A DNA stretch of 64,000 nt. Origin: Oopsacas minuta (lineage: Eukaryota; Animalia; Porifera). Positions 41,747-52,431 of this stretch are shown here, in pieces. The translations under genes were made by a program, and so were the position numbers. Where the stretch lies: assembly GCA_024704765.1 (NCBI GenBank), contig JAKMXF010000031.1:6666-70665 (forward strand). The letters are read 5' to 3'. The stretch's first letter is position 1. Every line of letters begins with the position of its first letter. The notes under the pieces were generated by a model, which saw only the letters and a list, made by a program, of their open reading frames with translations, was not told the origin of the DNA and did not search any database.

Positions 41747-43192
41747 CCATGTTCATCTCTCTCCATCAAATGGTATCTAGCTCTGAAAGCAACTAATGCG
41801 CGTAATAAGCAGGAGCTGGAATAGATACAGATCTGGTACACCCTACATATGTATGAAATAATTGGTAAGTAAGAGATTGTATCTCATCAGCTGTAAAGTT
41901 GTTCTCATCCCATAATACGTGGCAATGAGATGGATGAGATGTTCTCTATAAGAACAATATTCAATTGAATTATTGGTTGAATATACATTGATCGAAGGTC
42001 TAATAGAAACAGTAGGACAGCGGTCCCAAACATTTTCACCCGTGGACTCATATACCATTTTAACACATGCTGTGGACCTCTTCACAGAAACCACTGAGAT
42101 CCTGTGGGCCCTTGTTGTCATCTGACCCGCGGCATTAAGAATTTCTAGCAATCAAAATCAATAAGATCGCTAAAACATAATCCAACCATATAACTTAATA
42201 CAAAACTTATATACGTATTACAAAATATGTGTAAAATAGCTCCAAAAATAAGAACTTACAAATATTTACATATAACGCTAGTGTATCCATAAATGAAGCA
42301 AATTATAATCTACAAATTGCAACTACAGATGCCATAAATAATTAATATTACTTTCCTATATACATACCTGAATACCTGAATGACTACACAGATAGAAATC
42401 AATTCTGTTGGATGAGTAATACCTACATCTACTGTAGTACCAGCTGGGATGTTACCAGATTTACCACATTGATCTTCCTCCTCTGAACAGAACAGATGGT
42501 GTGGTGTCTCTTCTGGACTGTAACGAATGTAATGCCAGGCTTGTAGTCAGCTTCTAAGATATTACCAAAGATTCTCTTACGGCTCTCCATTCTTGATTCA
42601 ATACCTGTGACGTAAATAGACTCATTACATTATAACTATCATACCTTCAACCCTCTCAGAATCTTGCAATTCACAAGAAATTTGGGAAAGATTTGCAATT
42701 TTCGTACCTGATTCCCCAAATAATCGCCCAAAATGCTTTTCATGAAGAATTTTGAAAATCCGGGAAATGATTATAGAGGTTGATAAGAATGTAAAATATA
42801 AAAGTAGTTGAATTGAATACTGAACATATTTAGTTTGCATCTTTGGATATCCCAAAAGATATTACAGTCAGTATTCCATCCAGAAATATTGGCAAGGGGG
42901 AGAAGTACCTAGGGTCCAATCAAATATTCCATTGTTATTGTATATAGTATATTCTTATAGTTAAACTGCGATAACAACATAGCATGACTGTACTGACCTG
43001 TTGAACTTGTCCTTCACTGACTCCATCCCGAAAGAATATAATCCTCTGAGGCTTAAACCTGGCAGATTTGTAGAATTAAATCAATAGATCTCGGACCATA
43101 GCAGCTAACTCTGTTATTATCTCTTGTCTGTGTTGCTGTACAAGGACTGAAGCACTGTAAGGACTAGGATGAGCGTCCATACTTTCAACTAA
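41747..43192 (-). pseudogene. Argonaute (AGO clade) PIWI-domain fragment, three exons: 43192-42998, 42604-42368, 41945-41747
   Basis: [76 protein letters not shown]; GT-AG sites retained; stops and frameshifts. Confidence 0.93.
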
Positions 43193-43299
43193 CTAACAAT
43201 ACAAGAAAGAGTGTAAATAGCGAATTGAAATGTTATAACGGGTATTCGGACTCAGCCACTTCTGACTTGTTGAATATTGGAGAGAATAATACAGGTAGC

Positions 43300-43650
43300 A
43301 GTGGATACCGGTAGTAGTGGATACCGGTAACAATGGATACTGGTCGCAGTGGATACAGGTAACAGTGGATACAGGTAGCAGTGGATACTGGTAACACTGG
43401 ATACTGATAGCAGTGGATACAGGTAACAGTGGATACTGGTAGCAGTGGATACAGGTAACAGTGGATACTGGTAGCAGTGGATACAGGTAACAATGGAAAC
43501 AGGTAGCAGTGGATACTGATAGCAGTGGATACAGTTAACAGTGGATACTGGTAGCAGTGGATACAGGTAACAATGGAAACAGGTAGCAGTGGATACTGGT
43601 AACACTGGATACTGATAGCAGTGGATACAGGTAACAGTGGATACAGGTAC
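43300..43650 (+). repeat. 16-bp minisatellite, about 22 units (agtggatac + aggtaac/tggtagc variants)
   Basis: Direct reading; variant unit aatggaaac recurs 80 bp apart. Confidence 0.95.
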
Positions 43651-43940
43651 CAGGGGCATCTATTGTATGCTAGTTATAAGAACCATGGATATGCACTAAT
43701 TGAATAATGATGTCCGCCACAATGCTACACATGTTCTCACCTATACACGATTTGTAAAGACGGAAACTAAGAAAGCAAAGTTAGGGAAAAATACAAATAA
43801 AATGTTTGTATTTAGCAAAGTAGTATTCAACAAATCACTTCATTTATATATACAAAAGCTAGCAATATAATTTGACAGGGTTAGTCTTATCGCAGTCTTA
43901 TCGCCCCTCCTAGGGCTAAGGAGTATGGGAGTCGGGATTC

Positions 43941-45041
43941 TCAGGCTCTTGAAGACATTCTTGGACTCACTGCGTCGCTTTTCCGCCTGAATAGAGCAAA
44001 GTTCCTCTTCTTTGCTTTCTTGTCAGAATTCGAAGAATCCTGTTGAGACATTAAATCGTCAAGTAACGCCTTACGTAGTTTCCTAGCAACCGAATCATTC
44101 TGAGGAATTTGTAGAGTACTAACAATTTTATGATAATCATATGAGTTATCAAAATATAGGACAGCTCCGTGTGAGACCTCTAAACTCAATGTTACCACTG
44201 TAACCACCCAGACCAATGGAATGTAACCATAAGGAAATCTGTCCATTGGACCTAAGGGTAGATCTGTCCTGTCTGTGAATGATTGTCTCTGCTTGTTTTA
44301 TAGAATATTCCTCTCATTGTTGTTGGAACTCTTAACCATTCCTAAACTAGTCCTTAGTTCCTTCTTGGACAGATGTTCTAGCACCCTTCCGTCTACACAG
44401 CATTGTCTAGAAATAATAGGAAGGTAAATAACAACAAATACACGTGTTAACTAACGAGTAAATAACAACAAACCTGAAAATATTGCTGTACTGAGTTAGA
44501 CCTAGTGAAGGCAGCCAATGAGAAGCTATCCATTCGTGGTTAACAGCCCTGTAGGTGGGGTAGAGACAAGGGGTACTAGCTTAGAGAGACCTGCCCTATC
44601 TTGGACAGCATTCATGGGGTTGAGTCTCAGGAGAGGCTGTAGTATTCCCAGTTCTTGTTCGTAGTCCCTCTTTCCCATTGACAGGAGCATAGGAACTATT
44701 TTGCATTGCAAACTGACTGCATCTCCCACTGACTGCGGTAAACTACTGCTCCACCTCTACCCACGCCTGAAGAGCCCAGGAGACCATACACAGGAATTGT
44801 GTGTTCTCTCTTTCCACAAATGAGATTGAGGCCTGTAGTCTAGCTAGTCACCCTTCTGGCGCCTCACACACACCTACAGAAGAGGGGATCTCTTTTGTAT
44901 CCGGGGACTTAGTTTCCCTAAAGGAACTGACTATCCGTCGGATAGAGCATTTCCTCTTGAGTGATTTCTTGCGGAAGCGGGACATGTAGAGCTTGGGAGC
45001 TACTGGCTCCAATTCTGTCCTCTCAAAGAGGGACTCATCCA
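43941..45041 (-). pseudogene. Liprin-alpha-like triple-SAM C-terminal region (two exons)
   Basis: NHEWIASHWLPSLGL, VDGRVLEHLSKKELR, HGAVLYFDNSYDY...LQIPQND; frameshifted. Confidence 0.8.
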
Positions 45042-45354
45042 CTATATGTCAGTTATCAGATATTGTGGTAGCGGGTATTTACAGTTGTGTTCGCCTAATA
45101 GCAATATTGCTCAATTTGTAAGTTACTTTTAGCCCCTAAGTGAGTATTTCTTGTATATTTTGTTCCTCTAATAGCAAGTTAGCTTATTAGCTTTCAAATT
45201 CCATTCAAAATGCGACTTCTTATTACTCAAACACCACAGATAATGCATATTGATTAAACTGTGCTTTATAGTGTATTCAAACAATATACTAAAGTAGTAT
45301 TACGAATGGAAATATCAAAGAGTTCAAATGTTCATTGAAATTTTTGTGATCGGG

Positions 45355-45669
45355 TTATCGGTCCTGTAGATTGCTTAGGTGTTTGTGTGATTTGGAATTT
45401 ACATTTCTACAACAATCAGGCATTGGTACAATATTCTTGGAGCGGATAGATCCTTGCCTAATTAAAGCATCTAAATTATCTTTCCCTTCAACCATCACCA
45501 TGTACCTCTCAACTCTCCCAACAGAATTGTGTTTTCCCAATTTCAATTTGGTTCTCTTGGGAGTCTTTGGAGGAGATGAAAAGGTAACCTCCTTAATACT
45601 ATAATTCCGAAACTTCCCTTTCCCTCTGAGCGAAGACGTAAATGCTCTCATCCCAGTTTCCTTTCCCAA
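45355..45669 (-). pseudogene. 3' half of the ORF at 58014-58619
   Basis: Near-identical peptide RTFTSSLRGKGKFRNY...; 5' half absent in this arm. Confidence 0.6.
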
Positions 45670-46355
45670 TTAACTTCCAGAAAGCGGAAGCATGCTTGTG
45701 ACACCCCCCCCCACTCACCAACAAAGCACTCCATGTGTCTACGTCCCTATATATTGTCGTTGAGAGCCAGTTTCCTTTCGATTACATGTATATTAAGATA
45801 AATATCCCGAAAAGACAACAAACTTCTATTTGTAAATTAGTATTATATTGTAAATACCAATTCTGCTAACGTCATCACTAAATCCCGCCTAAACAACTCA
45901 ACCACAAATTTATGAACCTCAACGATGTCACAAAGGATCCCCGTACCCAATAAATGATTCTGGTTGAAACCTGAAACCGTACTTGTAGCTACGGTCCTGT
46001 AGTTTAATAAGTATAGTTTGTCTATAAATGCCAAATACACACTGGCCTTCTCGAGAACATATCTGCCGTATAGTAAGTAGGCTATTGTATCTTCCTCTAG
46101 CGAAGTTAAGATCAAAAATAAGAGAGGGAAGTTTCTAAGCGGGGATAGTTGAATACTAGCGCAACGCTTGCTAGTACGCTGTACGACAGCTTAATGCTTC
46201 GCGTTAACCTATGTATTGATTAAACAGCTAAAGCTTATAGAGTTATTGGTCGCGTAGCGACCAATAACTCGAGCCAATAATATACCCATCTGACTTAGCC
46301 CATGATATACTCATTATTACGCAATCAACAGAATAGTGAAATGTAAGTAATCAAT

Positions 46356-46694
46356 TCAGTGATAATTGGGATACAGCTGTTTATAGTCCTTTATGTGATT
46401 TTCTCTTGTATCCTGGCTACAACAACCTGTAGCAATCAGGCGTTGAGCCATTTCCCTAACCCGCAAATCATTCAGGCTCCTAAACTCCCTGATACTTGTA
46501 TCACTTACAACCCGCCGATGTAGCAGCTGTCTCATCCTCAACAGTTTCTGGCGTCTTCTAACTGCTAACATGCGCCTTCTCTCAGCCTCTCTGCGCATTC
46601 GTGTTATGGCTCGAAACCGACGCTGTATTAGTATAATCGGCATAATCCTGGGTGAGTTCTGTGCCAATAATTGTCCAGAAGGAATAGGGGCCAT
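46356..46694 (-). CDS. Arg-rich small protein of unknown function, 112 aa
   Basis: ATG-initiated ORF, open in both arms (partner 56360-56734). Confidence 0.4.
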   Translation of the reverse strand: MAPIPSGQLLAQNSPRIMPIILIQRRFRAITRMRREAERRRMLAVRRRQKLLRMRQLLHRRVVSDTSIREFRSLNDLRVREMAQRLIATGCCSQDTRENHIKDYKQLYPNYH

Positions 46695-47308
46695 CTTTTT
46701 GTCAAAGTACAGTCAATTCAATAATATCTAATTCAGCAATAACTAATCACATAAAACCATATATTAAATAGTACTTAGCCCATGCGCTACTAGCATACTA
46801 TAGGCAGATGAAACTAAAGTGAACTACTGACACGTGTTGATATGTAATTTGGCTTCTGGGTCAGATATTTTTTAAGTGCTGGACCACACAGTGGGCTATA
46901 ATTGCGAATTATTAGTATTAGGGTTTACGCGTTCAATTTTAGAGATAGGTTTATAAAATACATTATTACTGTATAGTAAGTCGACTATTGTGGTTCTTTT
47001 GTTGATTTCAATTTTGTTCTATCACATCAGGTTTTCAATATATGACGTAATCTTAATTACCATATACAGTAATACAGAAATCTAGATATACACTGAACTG
47101 AGAATTATTAAAAGAAATAGAATATGAATATATTATGGCTATGGTAACTGAAGAATAACTAACATACGAATATCTTACTGATGAATTAATTTATTTAACT
47201 GCTGGACCAGTTTGCATTATATTCAAATATTTGTGCGTCACTTATATTATTTCACTTCTTTGAGTGCCTAAGTTTTATCCGAATTGTTCCACTTTTTTCT
47301 AAATAGCC

Positions 47309-49154
47309 ATGCCTAGAATGACAAATGCGAATGCTCGGGAGAAGCTTTCTTCCACTCTAAAGCAGTTCCGTTCCATTACGGGAGAGAGTATTGGGGTCGT
47401 ATTTACGTGGAGAGGAAAGTTAGCTACAATGGGGACTGAGAATTTCCAAAATTTGATCCATTCTCTGAAGAATGAATTTTGTGGGTCAATAGTTGGTTCA
47501 CATCGTGAGACAGACACTGAGAAGTTCAATCAAGACAAAGAAATCATCGATCAGTTAGATGGAGATTTAGAGAGCTACAGTGTCCCAACGCTTCGAAGAC
47601 TAGTGTCATGGATCACTAAACGCTCAGTTGGTGAGTTTATTTTATTGACAGATATGAATACTTGACTAAGCGATTATGTGTGAATATTCTAGATTATGTT
47701 AAGCCAAACTTATCCTGAATTGCTGACACAACGATGATACATTTTAGACATTCGTTTGAATTCTATGCGAAGATACCATTCTTCATACTCGCCTTAGCTT
47801 AATGCTGTGATTAAACATTACATTTTAGGAAAGAATGTGTCCTTCTGGAATGACGCATCTCTTGTACCTTCATTCTGGCCGAGAGATGTGGAATATAAGA
47901 ATATTAAACATTCCAACAAAAAGACTCTATGTCGGATTATTCGAGGTTATAGGAGGAATGACAACCTAGAGGAACCTGTTAATGGCGTCCGAGACAGATC
48001 TCCCCATATTAGCCCTCAGAAGACTCCTCGCGTTGTTCCCAAGAAATTTAAGAAAAGTCCCGAGAAGAAAAATAAATTCGAACACCATCCAGTTATGACA
48101 CCGATCACTTCTCTTCCACATTCCTCTTCCTATATTCCAGTTTCTGATGTCGACTCTAGTTATAGTGAAGGTTTCCTTCCAGGGTTCCGACAGTTTGAAC
48201 ACTCAACTGATGATGTAATTGTTCCTACTACTACACCTAGTTTAGTATCTCAGTTAGGTATAACACCTTTGCAACCCATCTTTGAATTTTCACCGATACT
48301 TAACCAGAAGGACCGAGATCAATCATTGTTAGAATTGTCCACTAAGAATACATTCCTCACTGACACGTGTATGAACACCTTTTCTGTAAGTTAAAATGTG
48401 ATAAATACAAGTTAATTGCGTTCAATTTTCACATATTCATAGGAACTCCTGAAGAATGTGTATCCTCATGTGCAGGGTCTCCGGGACACGATTCTCTCTA
48501 AGGTGTTATATAGGTGCCATGCTTACTATGTACGAGTTTTGTAACACGAATTATTTTAATGTATCTTCTTTAGAACAGACAATTTGTCAGAGCTCCTCGT
48601 CCCAGCATGCAAATTCACCATGATGGAGGACTCCATTGGGTATGTTCCAGTGTCGATGTTGAGGGCAATGTTACGGTGTATGATTCCCTGGCAACTGATA
48701 GAACGAGTGAGGAGCTGGATATACAACTGGCTCTGCTATATGGACGTAGTGCTGGTAAGATGACAGTAACATTTGCCCCTATTCAACAACAGAGGTGGTG
48801 CGGACTGCAGATTATTCGCGGCAGCAGTTTGTCTTGCAATAGCGAACGGTGATGATCCACAACATATTCGCTGGAAGCAAAATAGGATGAGATCGTACCT
48901 CAGTGATTGCTTCAAAACTGAGACTTGATAGCAAGCAGTTATGGACTAAGATACTCACTTCTTCCAGGTCAGAATTTAAGATTGAGTTGAGGTGTCTCTG
49001 TAACCTGCCAGAATTTGCCTCGAGTAACATGATTGAGTGCTCGAAATGTCGCCAGTGGTTTCATAAACCATGTGTAGGACTAATCGATGACAGCAATGAT
49101 GTTGAGTGTTTTTCCTGTCCTCAATGCAGCCCTCATCGATCTTCATTACCATAA
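47309..49154 (+). pseudogene. NRF1/Ewg-like DNA-binding domain + Ulp1-like (C48) peptidase + PHD finger; exons 47309-47630, 47829-48385, 48443-48502, 48574-~49154
   Basis: In-frame GT-AG joins; KLSSTLKQF..TG, TLRRLVSW..K.SVG....W.....PSFWPRDV; QIHH...HWV...VYDSL, QQQ/GGADC; CLC...MIECSKCRQWFHKPCV..CPQC; frameshift ~48790 and stops ~48925. Confidence 0.72.
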
Positions 49155-49272
49155 TAAATCCAATATCAGTATGTACTCATTATCCCATTTAGTAAGGACA
49201 CACATACACTCTAGTGCAATTATGATCTCATTGATCTCTATGTATTACAAAAATACTCACTACATGTATATA

Positions 49273-51995
49273 CTATTTGCCTAATGTTTTGGGCTTATTG
49301 CTTATGTTATTAAGACACGCTAGGAAATATCTTGTGGTGTAAAAGACGTTTTCAAGACGCATGTATGCGATCTGAGTGGCAATTCTTCGAAGTGAAGAGA
49401 ACAACTGTTCACAAACTTGTGAATTAATTTTCTTCATCTCTTCTGTTTTAATATTTCTCAATGAGTAGGATGAACTACACTTGTGATTTGTTGAATGAAA
49501 TCTATCGATGAGAAAAGTTGTATCCATAAATACCTTGGGATCTCTATAAAGAACAAAATGCGAATCATGATACTCCTATAACAAACGGTGCATTATTCCT
49601 AATTATATTCGTAGAACAATTTCGAATCTGCGAACTCAAAACGTATGTAATATACCTTTTCATGCAAGTCTTGTGTAAGTTGCAAGCGTTATCATAGATA
49701 ATAACCTTTGGCTGTACTTTGAACAATTATCCGCCAGCTCAACACTTTCATTCTGGTAAATTGGTATCCTAAGAAGTATTAAATAGTTTTAGCTGAACTA
49801 TGACAGAATGAAATTACTTACTTGTAGTGTTTAGTGAAAGCTGGGAAGTAGTTGTAGTGCTCATCACTTTTGGGACAGAATTCAACTATTTTTTGAGAAG
49901 GTTTTCTGGACAAACCATCAATTTGGATGAATATTCTCTTCAGCAGTGAGGCAATCATTGGATGTAACGTAACGTTTCCATCTATGTCTACTGATGTATG
50001 TATTGAATTGATCAGGTATTCAAGTGTGTGCATTTTAGTGTATATAATGTTTAGGGTTTCTTCATTGGCTGATCCTCCCTGAGACAGATGTACTAAAGCT
50101 TTCTCTCTTGTGAATTCAGTAGAGATAATTGAACAATCCTGTCATCGCGTCAGTACGACAAAGAAGCTGTATACTCTTTCTAGTTCTCTCATATCCTTCG
50201 GTTATTGACACCCAATGATATAATTAGAAGAATTGAAGATTATGTAAGCACAAAATTCCTTGTTATTCAATTTTTCTAGCAATTCATCAAATCTATCCTC
50301 TTGAAGGCCTTGCAAACTATACTCTAAGAGTGCATTTCGAAGATCTACATCATGAATGAATACCCTCTCAGATGTATCAATCATGGGATACTTCTGCTCG
50401 TAATCAACTGCTTCTTCCACTTCAGGTAAGGATCTCATTATTCCCATGGCAATTCCATCTATAACAACTATTTTAGGCTCCAGCTTGCACTGAGAGCAAG
50501 TGTAGTGTGACGAATAATCGAGGTCAACCAATCTCAAATACGAGTTCCAAGCAAGATGTACTACGTGATACTTGAAGCTACCTTTTCTTCCCATTCGTTG
50601 CAGTTTCTGATTTTTGGCACTATTAAAATTGAGAATTTCGCCATTATGTAATATGAGAATTTGACCCAAGTTTTATAATATACTAACCTCAAGTACCCAT
50701 ATGGAGTGTTCCTTGACATCGTCATGAGTTCACTGTAATCGCATAATAGGCTGTAATGAATGAAGTATTTGTTGTTAACATTCAGTAGTAACATATTCTG
50801 TCCTTCGTAAACAGCTTGACACTTGCAAGAGCCATCACAGATAGAGCTGTACACTACAAAATGCATATGATTTGGATAATAAAATATAATTTTTCCTGTA
50901 ACGCTTTAGCAATAAATGTAGGTACGTACTACCTTTGTTTTGGTTGAGTCTAATCACGTCATTTTTTGTGTATATAACAATTCCAGTGTTTTCTAGTTTA
51001 AGCTGGTCTTCTCTGTTGAATTCGTAGCCGTTCTTACAGTACTTTTGTTCAGGAATCAACATTTTTGGTAACTGGATACCTTCACGAAGCTGCTGGTCGT
51101 AACTTGAACTAAGCGCTTCATCAAGAATAAATGGAATTGGAGCAGAGGTCACTACATTGTATTCAATCTTTCGTTGACTTTTTATTGAAGGTTGATCAGT
51201 CATTGCGAGGATATTTTGGAGCTTTGTTTGTTGCTTACATTTCCCGAGACAAGAATTACAGGAGCAACCACCAATAGTTCTCAAGGTAAAGTTATGAAGG
51301 GTGTCAAGCACTAGGATAGATATATTCGTTGGACTGATTAAGTAATACATCATCTCTTCAAACACATTGGCCTCACAAACTTTCAAGCACATAATCTGTG
51401 AACATTGGACGAATGCTTGATAGTGAAGACAATAATCATTGTTACAACAAGAGCAAACTTGAAGATTAGTATCAATGACGAGGCTCGTTTTCTTGAAACC
51501 CAGTTTTCCTACAGATGTGATATGCAATATAATTATTAATAAACAGAATTGTCTTTGCTAATATGCTCTCCTACAGCATTAAACAATTAACTGGGTTGTA
51601 AACAAATTTCATACCAATTGTAATAACAAATACCTTGTGAATGTTCGTAATCTGGTATTATGGTGTATTTACTGTTCTCTAATAGGAACAGTTTAGATTC
51701 CTCTACTAAGATCCTAAACATACTGATCTAAAGTAGATAGTTTAATATCACTGACTTCTGCGAAGTACTCATCATGAACACGATAACCTAGGACATTGGT
51801 AACAAGAGATATAATTATAGAACTTAAATAGACAATACCTTGTGATACATTGAATTCTGCATTGATTAGCGGATCTTCGGATAGAATTACGTTATTAACA
51901 TCATCAGTCAGAGAAAGAATAGTGTCTTCTTCAGTCTTTCGCTTCTTTTTGTTACAATTGAGCGATATCGTTGAGTAGATTATGTTATCTGCCAT
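49273..51995 (-). pseudogene. KDZ-family (HMGXB3/Zisupton-like) transposase, multi-exon, degraded
   Basis: SWIM-like CSCC..YCLH, CxC region, YTCSQCKLEPKIVVIDG, PKVIIYDNACNLH, FLIDRFHSTNHKC, INSQVCEQLFSSL; stops and frameshifts. Confidence 0.82.
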
Positions 51996-52312
51996 TAACT
52001 CAGCCGGAAGTTTTACTTAGGAATTACAATAGCTATTTATACAGAAGTAACCTTTCAAAGAAATTCCAATTGCCATTGTGGTTACATGGTTGCGCATATG
52101 ACAACTGGTATGATTTGTGGTTAAAATTATCTAATCTTCAAAACCACTATGTATATACTCTACACCCCACTATTTATTATATATGTGCATGGGTACTAGT
52201 AGCGCATGCGCTAGGTACTTTTTAATACCTCCCGTACAAATTCTTGGAGGGGGTAGATCCTTGCCTAATTACAGTATGTAAATTATCATCCCATCACAAA
52301 TTAAAGGAACAG

Positions 52313-52315
<3 letters not shown>

Positions 52316-52375
<60 letters not shown>

Positions 52376-52398
52376 TATTATTATTATTATTATTATTA
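52316..52398 (+). repeat. (TTA)n microsatellite
   Basis: Direct reading. Confidence 0.97.
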
Positions 52399-52431
52399 GA
52401 GTATTTATTGTATTGATATCGTAATGTAGTA

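Larger units (their letters stand above)
39548..46762. repeat. Left arm of a ~24-kb inverted repeat
   Basis: Collinear reverse complement of 56289-63880 over about ten ORF pairs; arm-specific segment ~45670-46355. Confidence 0.95.
46768..52221. mobile_element. KDZ/Zisupton-like DNA transposon with two convergent genes
   Basis: 26-bp imperfect TIRs atagtacttagcccatgcgctactag (46768-46793) / ctagtagcgcatgcgctaggtacttt (52196-52221), each flanked by TTAA; encloses a KDZ transposase and an accessory gene. Confidence 0.72.

Noticed and set aside
41747-43192. Functional Argonaute or Piwi-clade gene
   Set aside because: Only the C-terminal PIWI-domain exons are present, with stops and frameshifts; the motifs are AGO-clade
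43233-43659. CRISPR-like array, or Cys/Tyr-rich ORFs in the 16-bp repeat
   Set aside because: Units are contiguous with no unique spacers and no cas genes; the ORFs are by-products of a stop-free minisatellite
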